DNA from: an uncultured Bacillales bacterium
Lineage (GTDB): Bacteria > Bacillota_I > Bacilli_A > RF39 > UBA660
Direction of reading: 5' to 3'
NCBI GenBank assembly: GCA_947564265.1
Contig: CANOBK010000005.1
Span: forward strand, 66,548 to 130,547
Length of the DNA stretch: 64,000 bases
Of this stretch, positions 42,521-52,166 are shown piece by piece. Positions within the stretch are counted from its first letter, which is position 1; each line of letters starts with the position of its first letter. A program made the translations under genes and the position numbers. Under the pieces are notes generated by a model. The model had not been told where the DNA came from, did not search any database, and saw only the letters and a list, made by a program, of their open reading frames with translations.

Positions 42521-42904
42521 ATGAACAATTATTCATATGAAGGAGGGAATATGAAAGAAGAATTATGTGAATGTACAGTCATCCATAAAGAAACTGTAGA
42601 AAAAGTAAAATCTAATATGTTAAGTGATGAGTTGATTTTCGATGTAGCAGAACTATTTAAAATTTTTGGTGATTCTACTAGAATGAAAATTCTATGTGCC
42701 TTAAAAATGAGTGAACTTTGTGTTTGTGATATCGCTTATATTACAAATTCAACACAATCGGCGATTTCTCATCAATTAAGAATTTTAAAACAGTCAAAAT
42801 TAATCCGTTCTAGAAAAGAAGGGAAAGTTGTCTATTATTCGTTAGCGGATGATCATGTAGAGAAAATATTTGAGATTGGATGTGAACATATTGAAGAAAT
42901 ATAA
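42521..42904 (+). CDS. ArsR/SmtB family metalloregulator (CadC-like)
   Basis: ELCVCDIA metal-sensing motif and HTH ...SAISHQLRILKQSKLI. Confidence 0.85.
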   Translation: MNNYSYEGGNMKEELCECTVIHKETVEKVKSNMLSDELIFDVAELFKIFGDSTRMKILCALKMSELCVCDIAYITNSTQSAISHQLRILKQSKLIRSRKEGKVVYYSLADDHVEKIFEIGCEHIEEI

Positions 42905-44948
42905 TTATCGATTAAAAGATTTGGATTGTGCAGCCTGTGGTCAAAAGATTGAAACAGAGCTTTCAAAAAATCCGAATTATCATAACGTAAATGTAAACTT
43001 TTCCACACTGAAACTTAGTTTAGAAGCGGAGGAAAATAAAAATCTAAAAAAAGAAATTAGTAGTTTGATTAAGAAAATAGAACCAGAGGTAGAGGTTTTA
43101 GAGTATGATCAAAAAGTAGAGGAAGATAAAAGTAAGTTTTCTTTATTTCGACTTGGAATAGGAATCATTTTAGGAATTGTTGGACTACTTACTGATTTTC
43201 CATTCTATATCAGTGAAGGTTTAGTGGTTTTATCTTATCTAGTATTACTTTCAAGAACGATGAAAAATGCTTTTCAAATTTTAAAGAATAGTAGATCAAT
43301 TGATGAAAACTTTTTAGTAACGATTTCTTGTATCGGTGCCTATTTAATCGGTGAAATAATGGAGGGATTCTTTGTAGTCGTTCTCTATGAGATTGGAAAA
43401 GTATTAGAGGAAATGGCCATTCGAAATACAAGAAAATCAATCAAAGATTTAATGGATATACGTCCTGATTATGCAAATTTGAAAAAGGGAAAAGAAAGTA
43501 TCAAAGTCTTTCCAGAATCTCTAAAAATAGGGGATATCATTTTGATAAAACAAGGGGAAAAAGTACCAATTGATGGAATTGTCAGAAAAGGTTCTGCCAA
43601 GTTAGATTCATCTATGTTAACAGGGGAAAGTAATCTATTAGATATTGGTGAAGGAGATCAAGTTTTATCGGGAAGTATTAATGCGAAAGGATTATTAGAA
43701 GTAGAAGTTACTTGTGAATATGAAAATAGTACAGTATATCGAATTTTAGAACTAGTAGAAAATGCTACTGATAAAAAAGCAGAAACCGAAACCTTTGTTT
43801 CTAAAATAGCTAAGATTTATACACCGATCATTGTTGGACTTGCAATTTTAGTAGGTGCACTTCTTCCTGTATTTAGCGATGTTAGTTATACAACTAGTAT
43901 TTATCGAGCATTAATTTTCTTGGTAATTTCTTGTCCTTGTGCGATTGCAATTTCTGTTCCGTTAAGTTATTTTACAGGAATTGGTCGTGCTTCTAAAGAA
44001 GGAATCCTAATCAAAGGAAGTTCTTATCTAGATAGTCTAAAAGATATTGGAACCATTGTTTTTGATAAAACAGGAACTTTAACGACTGGTTCCTTTCAAG
44101 TAGAAAATTTAACAATCTATGATTCTAATTATAAAGAAAATCAAGTATTAGAACTCTTTGCCAAAGGAGAAAAATTTTCCAATCATCCAATTGCGAAGTG
44201 TATTTTAGAATATGTAGGCAAAGAGGTTGATACTAAGGACGTTAAAAATTATCAAGAAGTCTCAGGAAAAGGGATTTCTTACGAATTAAAAGGTCATGAG
44301 GTAAAAATTGGAAATGCTTCTTTTTGTGAATACAAGGAAAAAGAAGAGTATACGGGTACTACGATTTATTTAAACTATCAAGAGAAAGTAATCGCTAGTT
44401 TGAATATTGTAGATGGAATTAAAAAGCATGCAAAGGAAACGATGGATACCTTAAATAAAATGGGAATTCAGACAGCCATGTTCACAGGAGATAATGAAAA
44501 AATTTCTAAGTCTATCGCAAAGAAACTGGGAATTGATGAGGTGAAGGCAGAATTACTTCCAACCGATAAATATCACTATTTGGAGCATCTTTTAAAAAAT
44601 CAGGAAGAAAAGAAAGTAGCCTTTGTAGGGGATGGAATTAATGATGCTCCAGTATTAGCGCGAAGTGATATCGGTATTTCGATGGGAAATATTGGTTCTT
44701 CTTCTGCGATAGAAGCAAGTGATGTAGTAATCATGACAGATGAGTTAGAGAAAATCCCAGTAGCAATTGAAATTTCTAATAAAACGAGAAGAATTATTAT
44801 TCAAAACTTAGTGTTTGCTCTTGCTACCAAAATCATCATCTTACTGTCATCGATTTTTGGAATGGCTGGTATGTGGCAAGCAATATTTGCTGATGTTGGA
44901 GTTACCTTAATAACAATCTTAAACACAACAAGAATTCTAAGAAAATAG
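42870..44948 (+). CDS. Heavy-metal (Cd/Zn/Co-type) translocating P1B-type ATPase
   Basis: N-terminal HMA CAACGQ, TM CPC motif (SCPCAIA), DKTGTLT, GDGINDAP; start overlaps the ArsR gene by 35 nt, and an internal TTG start is also possible. Confidence 0.9.
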   Translation: MRLDVNILKKYNYRLKDLDCAACGQKIETELSKNPNYHNVNVNFSTLKLSLEAEENKNLKKEISSLIKKIEPEVEVLEYDQKVEEDKSKFSLFRLGIGIILGIVGLLTDFPFYISEGLVVLSYLVLLSRTMKNAFQILKNSRSIDENFLVTISCIGAYLIGEIMEGFFVVVLYEIGKVLEEMAIRNTRKSIKDLMDIRPDYANLKKGKESIKVFPESLKIGDIILIKQGEKVPIDGIVRKGSAKLDSSMLTGESNLLDIGEGDQVLSGSINAKGLLEVEVTCEYENSTVYRILELVENATDKKAETETFVSKIAKIYTPIIVGLAILVGALLPVFSDVSYTTSIYRALIFLVISCPCAIAISVPLSYFTGIGRASKEGILIKGSSYLDSLKDIGTIVFDKTGTLTTGSFQVENLTIYDSNYKENQVLELFAKGEKFSNHPIAKCILEYVGKEVDTKDVKNYQEVSGKGISYELKGHEVKIGNASFCEYKEKEEYTGTTIYLNYQEKVIASLNIVDGIKKHAKETMDTLNKMGIQTAMFTGDNEKISKSIAKKLGIDEVKAELLPTDKYHYLEHLLKNQEEKKVAFVGDGINDAPVLARSDIGISMGNIGSSSAIEASDVVIMTDELEKIPVAIEISNKTRRIIIQNLVFALATKIIILLSSIFGMAGMWQAIFADVGVTLITILNTTRILRK

Positions 44949-44984
44949 AAAAAGTGATATGCACTCAAACATATCACTTTTTTA

Positions 44985-45197
44985 CTACTTTATTTTTTCA
45001 CGGATTTTTCTAATATTCAGTGCTTGTAATCCTTTACTGGTTTCAAGTAACTCGAATTCAACAAGCTGTCCTTCTTCCAATGTTTTAAATCCATCTTCTA
45101 GAATATTCGAATAATGGATAAAAACATCTTGGTTTTCATTATAATGAATAAATCCATATCCCGTGGTATTGTTGAACCACTTGACACGACCGACCAT
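44985..45197 (-). CDS. Cold-shock protein (CspA family)
   Basis: GRVKWFN...GYGFI RNP-1 motif; 70 aa. Confidence 0.93.
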   Translation of the reverse strand: MVGRVKWFNNTTGYGFIHYNENQDVFIHYSNILEDGFKTLEEGQLVEFELLETSKGLQALNIRKIREKIK

Positions 45198-45327
45198 TAA
45201 TTATACCACCTTTCTAATTCTATTTTTTGCTTAAGCCCCCTAATCATAACATAAAAATAGAGGAAATTTTCAAATAGGTTGAATTAGGTCATTTTTTGGC
45301 GATATTAGGAAAAAATATTGAAAAAAG

Positions 45328-46062
45328 TTAACTATTAATTAATTTTTCCTGTAACTCTTTTTTGTGCTCTCTAGATAACAAATTAGTTTGCTTTTCCCCA
45401 AAACTAATAGTGTGGTCTGTCAAATTGATAGATTCTACATTTTGAAGATTGATAATGCAACTTTGATGAGTTTTTAAAAAGCGAACATCATTTTGTACCA
45501 GTCTTTCAATTTGTGCGATACTCTTTTTTACTTTATAGGTACCCTGCTTGGTGACAACGGAAGTATGATTATCATTTAAATCTTTTTCAAAGTATAGAAT
45601 ATCACGATAAGGTAAGCGGAAAACAATTCCATTAAACTTAAAAGAAAAAGCACGATGACTAGTACAAATATCATAGGCAATATTTAAGGTTTCTTTTAGT
45701 CTTTGAGCGATATCTTCATTTTTTGAAATGAAATCCAGAGTTAATATCTTACTCATAAAAATATCATATCGAAAGTGTTCAAAGGCAGATACAATAATAA
45801 TTTGACTTTTCCAATCCCCCGACTTACGAATCTCTCTCGCAAAGTCAAACCCACTTTTTCCAGGAACTTGAATATCCAAAATATAGATTTTTCTTCCCTC
45901 TAAAGATCCCAATTGATCTTGGGTTGTTTCGTCAAATTCAGAAATTGGAATAATATTATAGACATCTTTTTTACTTCCAATAAATTTATGAACTACTTTT
46001 TCGTATAAATCTCTCATTTTTTTATGGTCTTCGTAGATAATAAAATTAAGCATAAAATTCAC
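45328..46062 (-). CDS. LytTR-family response regulator (AgrA/LytR-like), orphan
   Basis: N-terminal receiver-like domain plus C-terminal LytTR DNA-binding domain (FRLPYRDILYFEKD...); no adjacent histidine kinase. Confidence 0.7.
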   Translation of the reverse strand: MNFMLNFIIYEDHKKMRDLYEKVVHKFIGSKKDVYNIIPISEFDETTQDQLGSLEGRKIYILDIQVPGKSGFDFAREIRKSGDWKSQIIIVSAFEHFRYDIFMSKILTLDFISKNEDIAQRLKETLNIAYDICTSHRAFSFKFNGIVFRLPYRDILYFEKDLNDNHTSVVTKQGTYKVKKSIAQIERLVQNDVRFLKTHQSCIINLQNVESINLTDHTISFGEKQTNLLSREHKKELQEKLINS

Positions 46063-46206
46063 TCCTATTAATATTCTAGGTATAAGAATAATTTTAGCAC
46101 AAAAATAGGAGTTCGTGTAAATTTATGGGAAAAACAGTAAAAAAATGGTGAAATTCAGTAAAAAAGACTACAGGTTATTCTGTAATCTTTTACAATGATA
46201 AAATCT

Positions 46207-46596
46207 CTACTTAATTTCAATTGATGTTTTTGAATTTGTTTCTTCTTTTCTTGGAACCATGATTTTTAAGATTCCGTCCTTAAACTCTGCATCGATGTTT
46301 TCCATTTGAACATCTCCTAAGTAAAATTCTCTTTTATATTTTCCATAGATACGTTCACGACGGATATACTTCTTTTCTTCGTCAGTATTTTCTTGTTCCT
46401 TTTCTGCAGTAACTGTTAAGTAACCTTTATTGCATTCTACTTTGATATCTTTCTTTTCAAATCCAGGAATATCCATTTCAATGTAATAATTACCATCCTT
46501 TTCATAAATATCACATTTCATGTTACTTTCTTCTGGTACTGTTAAGAAGTTATCAAATAAATCATCTAAATAATATTTTCTAGGGATTAAATTCAT
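46207..46596 (-). CDS. Hsp20/alpha-crystallin family small heat-shock protein
   Basis: Alpha-crystallin domain pattern (DIYEKDGNYYIEMDIPGFEKKDIKVE...GILKIMVPRKE). Confidence 0.85.
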   Translation of the reverse strand: MNLIPRKYYLDDLFDNFLTVPEESNMKCDIYEKDGNYYIEMDIPGFEKKDIKVECNKGYLTVTAEKEQENTDEEKKYIRRERIYGKYKREFYLGDVQMENIDAEFKDGILKIMVPRKEETNSKTSIEIK

Positions 46597-46797
46597 CTCT
46601 CATCCTTCCTTTCGTAATTCTGTTATACTCCTATTTTTAGCACTTGTCAAGATAAAGTGCTAATTTCGACATTTTTTTGTCAATCCACCAGAAAGGGTAG
46701 ATTAAAAGTAAAAATAATACAACATAAGATAGAAAATGAGAGATTGGATTGAAAACAAAAATTAGATAGAAAAGCATATACTGAAATAGGTGAGTTT

Positions 46798-47487
46798 ATG
46801 AAAAAATGGGAGATCCTTCTTTTATTATTAGCTTTATTTATGATAGCTTCTCTATTTTTCTTTTTCCCAAAAGCATCTGCTATGACAGAAGAACTCCCTC
46901 TTTTTGGAAGAGTTATTTTTGTTGATGCTGGACACGGAGGTCGTGATGCGGGCGCTATTTATGGGAAACTTTTAGAAAAAGATATTAACCTAGAAATCTC
47001 GAAAGTTCTAGAAGAAACACTAATTTCAAAAGGCGCAATTGTTTATATGACGAGGGATGAAGATGAAGATTTATCTTCTCAATGGGATGAGAAAAAGAAA
47101 AGAGGAGATCTATATCGTAGGTTGCTCATGTACAAAAAGCATAATGCAGAGTTATATCTTTCGATTCATTTAAATTCAGGAGAGAGTGGAGGAAAAGGGG
47201 CAGAAGTATTGTATCACCCAATCAATCCTAAAAATAAAGAATTAGGTACGATTTTGATGAAGCATTTTAAGAATGATTTAAAAACGACACGAGTATTAAA
47301 GAAAACAGATCTTTATATGTACCGAAATACGACGGTACCAGGAGTACTGATTGAATGCGGTTTTCTTTCGAATGCCAATGAACGATATCTTCTCCAGAAA
47401 GAGGATTATCAAAAAAAGATTTCGGAATCCATTACGAATGCTGTAATTGAATTTTTTCAAACCGAAAGTAGTAGTGAAACTTCATAA
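46798..47487 (+). CDS. N-acetylmuramoyl-L-alanine amidase (Amidase_3; CwlD-like)
   Basis: N-terminal TM segment, VIFVDAGHGGRDAGA and SIHLNS...E motifs typical of Amidase_3. Confidence 0.75.
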   Translation: MKKWEILLLLLALFMIASLFFFFPKASAMTEELPLFGRVIFVDAGHGGRDAGAIYGKLLEKDINLEISKVLEETLISKGAIVYMTRDEDEDLSSQWDEKKKRGDLYRRLLMYKKHNAELYLSIHLNSGESGGKGAEVLYHPINPKNKELGTILMKHFKNDLKTTRVLKKTDLYMYRNTTVPGVLIECGFLSNANERYLLQKEDYQKKISESITNAVIEFFQTESSSETS

Positions 47488-47494
47488 AAAAGAA

Positions 47495-48079
47495 CTAAAC
47501 CTTATGATTTAGTTCATCTGGGATGAGTACTCTGAAATACTCTATCATATTTTCTTTGGTATATTGGTTTCCACTCTTTAACCATTCCATTCCGACATTG
47601 ACAACTGCACCAATATAAAACTTCGCAATAATACTTCGTGGAATTTGCTTCTCATCTAGAGAATTATCCTGTTGTAAGTGAGATGTAATATCATGATCTA
47701 AAACATCATAGATAATATCCATTGTAATACTGTTTCTATTATGAATCATGATAGCCAAGTAACTTTCCCTTTTTTCTTCGATATGATCTAAAAATAATTT
47801 AATCATCTCTAAATAATACTCTTTTGTATTAGAGATGTTTTTATTTTTCTTTAATTCCCCTGTAAGAGAATTCTTAAGTTCTTGAATAAATTCTGCGAGT
47901 AATTCGTACTTATCATTATAATGGGCATAAAAAGTAGAGCGATTAATTAATGCTTGATTACAAATATCAGATACTTTAATCTCTTCAAATGTTTTCTCCT
48001 TCATTAAATCTAATAACGTACGATATAAAATATTTTGTGTTTTTACAACACGTAAATCCTTTTTATTCATGCTTATCAC
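47495..48079 (-). CDS. TetR/AcrR family transcriptional regulator
   Basis: N-terminal HTH FEEIKVSDICNQALINRSTFYAHY; divergent from the MMPL transporter gene. Confidence 0.85.
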   Translation of the reverse strand: MISMNKKDLRVVKTQNILYRTLLDLMKEKTFEEIKVSDICNQALINRSTFYAHYNDKYELLAEFIQELKNSLTGELKKNKNISNTKEYYLEMIKLFLDHIEEKRESYLAIMIHNRNSITMDIIYDVLDHDITSHLQQDNSLDEKQIPRSIIAKFYIGAVVNVGMEWLKSGNQYTKENMIEYFRVLIPDELNHKV

Positions 48080-48228
48080 CTAATACCATTATACTCCGAT
48101 TTAAACATTTGTAAAGATAACATACAAAATGTAGTTTATTTAGTAATACGTTTTTAAAAAAGTGTTGGTTATCTAAACAAAATGAGATTTCTGTTGGTGT
48201 TTTTTATTAAAAATTGGAATAGAATGTT

Positions 48229-51200
48229 ATGTCGAATGGAGGAAAAAATATGAAAAAGATTGGTAACTTTGTTTGTGAACATAAATGGTTGATTGCCATC
48301 GTTACTTTCGTGTTAATGATACCAGCTTTATTAGGTTACATTATAACAGATATCAATTATGATATATTAGTTTATTTACCAAGCGATATTGAAACACTAA
48401 AGGGAGAAAATATTTTAACAGATGACTTTCATATGGGAGCATTTTCCATTGTAGTAGTAGATGATATGTCGAGTCAAGAAATACTAAAATTAGAAGAGAA
48501 TTTTAGAAAGATTGAAAGTGTAGGACATGTCGCTAGTATTCATGATATTACAGGGACAACGATTCCAATAGAGATGCTACCAAGTGATTTAGTTTCTAAA
48601 GTAGCAAAAGGAAATAGTGAATTGATCCTTGTAACATTTGAAAATTCTACAAGTGATGATCAAACCTTAGCAGCTGTAGAAGAAATGAGAAATATTACCG
48701 ATGAGAGAGTAAAAATTGGTGGTATGAGTGCGATGGTACTAGATACCAAAGAACTATTTAATAGCGAAATGTTATTATACGTTGTAATTGCTGCTATATT
48801 ATGTATTATTGTACTAGAATTATCACTAGACTCTTATTTGGTTCCTTTATTACTAATGGCAAATATCGGAATTGCCATCCTATTCAATATGGGAAGTAAT
48901 ATTATTTTTGGTGAGATTTCCTATATTACGAAGGCGATTGCGGCAGTACTTCAATTAGGAGTAACGACTGACTTTTCTATCTTCTTATATCATAAGTATG
49001 AAAAATCAAAGAAGGACCACAGTAACAAAGAAGAAGCGATGGAACAAGCAATTCATGAGACGTTAGTATCTGTCTTTGGTAGTAGTCTAACAACCATTGC
49101 AGGATTCTTAGCTTTATGTACAATGAACTTAACTCTTGGAGTAGATATTGGATTAGTAATGGCTAAGGGTGTACTGATTGGTGTAATCTGTGTAATTACC
49201 GTATTCCCTGCGTTACTATTAATTTTTGACAAACAAGTAGAGAAAACAAGACATAGAGAATTATTACCGAAGTTTACCAAAGTAAAAGACTTTGTGATGA
49301 AACATTATGTAGCGATTTTTGCCGTATTTATCATTCTATTAATTCCTGCTTATTTTGCGCAAAACAAAACACCAGTATATTACAAATTAGATGAATCGAT
49401 TCCTGAAGATTATGGATATACGATTGCGACAAAAGCATTAAAAGAAGACTTTGGAATGGTTTCTCAGGAAATGGTCCTTGTAAAGAAAGACATGGAAGAT
49501 TATAAAATTAATGAAATGGTAGAGAAAATCGAAAAAGTAGAGGGAATTGACGCTGTCATTAATCCATCTAGCTTAACAACCCTTGGAATTACAGATCGTA
49601 TGATTCCAGAAAATATTCGTTCTATTTACGAAACAGAAGACTATAAAATGATGATTATCGCATCAAGTTATGATATTGCAACCAATGAATTAAATAATCA
49701 AATTGAAGAGGTAAATCAAATTATTAAGAGCTACGATGAAGAGGCGATTCTAGCAGGAGAAGGACCTCTAATGAAAGACTTAGTAGTAACAACCGATGAA
49801 GATTTCCATAACGTAAACTACACATCGATTGGTGTTATCTTTGTCCTAATGATGATTGTATTAAAGTCAATTTCTCTTCCGATATTACTAGTAACTGCGA
49901 TTGAGTTTGCGATATTTATTAATATGGGAGTTCCTTATTTCACTGGGACAGAAATTCCTTTTATCGCATCCGTTGTTATTGGAACCATTCAGTTAGGAGC
50001 AACAATTGACTATGCAATTCTAATGACGACAAAATATTTGGAAGAAAGAAAAAATGGACACAGTAAAAAAGAAGCTGTAAGAATATCTTTAGATAATTCT
50101 GTTAGTTCCATCTTCGTTAGCGCTATGTGTTTCTTTGGTGCCACGATTGGAGTAGGAATTGTTTCTAAGATTGATATGATTGGGTCTCTTTGTACATTGA
50201 TTGCGAGAGGTGCCATTATCAGTATGATCGTAGTTATGATGGTAGTTCCATCGATTCTAATCATTTTCGATTCTATCATTATGAAAACGACACTAGGAAT
50301 GAAAAATAAAAATTCTAATAAGAAAGGAATGAGTAATATGAAAAATAAAAAAATGAAAAAAACAGTCGCAGCAGTCTTAGCACTTTCAACCATGATGATG
50401 CCATTTTCAGCATTCGCTCTTACCAAAGAAGAGACAGTATATGCTAAGCTAAATAGTGATGGAAGTGTGAAAACCGTTTTAGTGAATGAACATTTACTAA
50501 ATAGAGAACATTTAGATACGATAGAGGATGCTTCTGACTTAGAAGAGATTCTAAATATTAATAGTGATCATACGTTTACTAAAAAAGAAAATCGATTAAC
50601 TTGGGAAAGTAAAGGAAAAGATATTTTCTATCAAGGAACAACAAAAAAGGAAACTCCTGTAACAGAAAAAATCACATATCAATTAGATGGAGAAGATATT
50701 AAATTAGAAGATTTAATTGGAAAAAGTGGAAAAGTTACGATTCAAATTCAATATCAAAATAAAGAGAAACACATTGTAAATGGGAATACCTTATATACGC
50801 CATTTGTGGTCATGACGGCAACTGTAATTCCAGGAGAAAACAATCGTGATATCGAAGTAACGAATGGTAAAGTTGTAGATAACGGAAATGGATATATCGT
50901 AGTAGGATTATCGACGCCAGGGCTTTATGAAAGTCTTGCCATTGATGAACTAAAAGGATTAGACACAGTAACAGTTTCTTATAATACTGAAAAATTTGAA
51001 CTTTCTAGTATTTATTCTGTTGTAACTCCAAAAGTAATCGATAGTGATGACTTAAGTATTTTTGATAAATTAGATTCTCTTTATGGAAGTGTAGGACAAT
51101 TACAAAGTTCTATGAATCAAATTGAAGAGGGGTCTAAAACAGTATTAAATGGATTAAATACTGTGAGTGATGGTAGTATTCAAATTGCATCCAATTTAAA

Positions 51201-52029
51201 TGTAGTAAATGAAAAGTTAGGAGAGCTTCAAAGTGGAGCAACTCAAATTGACCAAGCAATTTCCTTACTATTAAGTAAAATTCCAGAAAGTATGTTAGAT
51301 AATACGGCAAATCAAGAAAAAGGAAATCAATTAACTCAGTTAATTGCTGGTACAGATTCTACCATTGCAACTTTAAATGGACTATGTACACAATTAAGTG
51401 ATGCTTATACAGCATACAATCTTGGTGCTTTAACTTATGATCAAATTTTAGCATCTCCCTCTCCTGATAAAATGACATTATATCAAGTAAAATATAATTA
51501 TGAAAATAGTTATGCCACCTACCAACAATTAATTGGATTATTAAACCTAAATAAAACTGCCTTACAATCTTCCCTAGATACCTTAAATATGTCTAGTGAA
51601 TTAACAAATGCTCTACCACAGATTCAACAATTAAAACAAGGAACGACCCAGTTAGTAGGAGGAGTAGATGCCTTAAAAGAAGGAGTCAATCTATTAAGTA
51701 GTAAGATGAATGAATTATCAATCGGTACACAGAATTTAAAAGAAGGAATGGCAACATTAAATACAGGAATTGAAACGTTCAATAGAGAAGGGGTTCAAAA
51801 ATTATCTGGGATTTCTTCTCAAATGAATCAATTATCAAAGAAGGCAAAAGAACTTGTCAAATTAAGTAATGAGTACCAAACGTTTGATTCTAAGAATGAA
51901 GAGGCAGAAGGAAATACAAAATTCGTATTAGTAGTAGATTCTGTGAAAGCACCGAAAGAAGAAAAGAAAGTTGTAAAAGAAACGAAAAAAGAAACTTTCG
52001 TTGATCGTATTAAGAATTTATTCAAGTAA
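48229..52029 (+). CDS. MMPL-family (RND superfamily) membrane transporter fused to a C-terminal YhgE/Pip-like extracytoplasmic domain
   Basis: Two MMPL 6-TM bundles (aa 1-700), then a signal-peptide-like hydrophobic segment and ~550 aa of extracytoplasmic sequence with ...QLQSSMNQIEEGSKTVLNGLN... repeats. Confidence 0.75.
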   Translation: MSNGGKNMKKIGNFVCEHKWLIAIVTFVLMIPALLGYIITDINYDILVYLPSDIETLKGENILTDDFHMGAFSIVVVDDMSSQEILKLEENFRKIESVGHVASIHDITGTTIPIEMLPSDLVSKVAKGNSELILVTFENSTSDDQTLAAVEEMRNITDERVKIGGMSAMVLDTKELFNSEMLLYVVIAAILCIIVLELSLDSYLVPLLLMANIGIAILFNMGSNIIFGEISYITKAIAAVLQLGVTTDFSIFLYHKYEKSKKDHSNKEEAMEQAIHETLVSVFGSSLTTIAGFLALCTMNLTLGVDIGLVMAKGVLIGVICVITVFPALLLIFDKQVEKTRHRELLPKFTKVKDFVMKHYVAIFAVFIILLIPAYFAQNKTPVYYKLDESIPEDYGYTIATKALKEDFGMVSQEMVLVKKDMEDYKINEMVEKIEKVEGIDAVINPSSLTTLGITDRMIPENIRSIYETEDYKMMIIASSYDIATNELNNQIEEVNQIIKSYDEEAILAGEGPLMKDLVVTTDEDFHNVNYTSIGVIFVLMMIVLKSISLPILLVTAIEFAIFINMGVPYFTGTEIPFIASVVIGTIQLGATIDYAILMTTKYLEERKNGHSKKEAVRISLDNSVSSIFVSAMCFFGATIGVGIVSKIDMIGSLCTLIARGAIISMIVVMMVVPSILIIFDSIIMKTTLGMKNKNSNKKGMSNMKNKKMKKTVAAVLALSTMMMPFSAFALTKEETVYAKLNSDGSVKTVLVNEHLLNREHLDTIEDASDLEEILNINSDHTFTKKENRLTWESKGKDIFYQGTTKKETPVTEKITYQLDGEDIKLEDLIGKSGKVTIQIQYQNKEKHIVNGNTLYTPFVVMTATVIPGENNRDIEVTNGKVVDNGNGYIVVGLSTPGLYESLAIDELKGLDTVTVSYNTEKFELSSIYSVVTPKVIDSDDLSIFDKLDSLYGSVGQLQSSMNQIEEGSKTVLNGLNTVSDGSIQIASNLNVVNEKLGELQSGATQIDQAISLLLSKIPESMLDNTANQEKGNQLTQLIAGTDSTIATLNGLCTQLSDAYTAYNLGALTYDQILASPSPDKMTLYQVKYNYENSYATYQQLIGLLNLNKTALQSSLDTLNMSSELTNALPQIQQLKQGTTQLVGGVDALKEGVNLLSSKMNELSIGTQNLKEGMATLNTGIETFNREGVQKLSGISSQMNQLSKKAKELVKLSNEYQTFDSKNEEAEGNTKFVLVVDSVKAPKEEKKVVKETKKETFVDRIKNLFK

Positions 52030-52166
52030 AAGAGTAGAATTTTATGAGGAAAGGAGAAATCCTTTTCTTTTTTTAAAAAAATTAGCACTCTTTCTTGACA
52101 TCTGCCAAAGTGAGTAGTAAGATAACATTCAGATAGGAAAAAAAGAAAACAGAAAGAAGGATATTT

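Noticed and set aside
49053-50426. Minus-strand ORFs (49053-49280, 50010-50426) inside the MMPL gene
   Set aside because: Antisense to a long, clearly coding transporter gene; the hydrophobic translations are mirror artefacts of TM-coding sequence.
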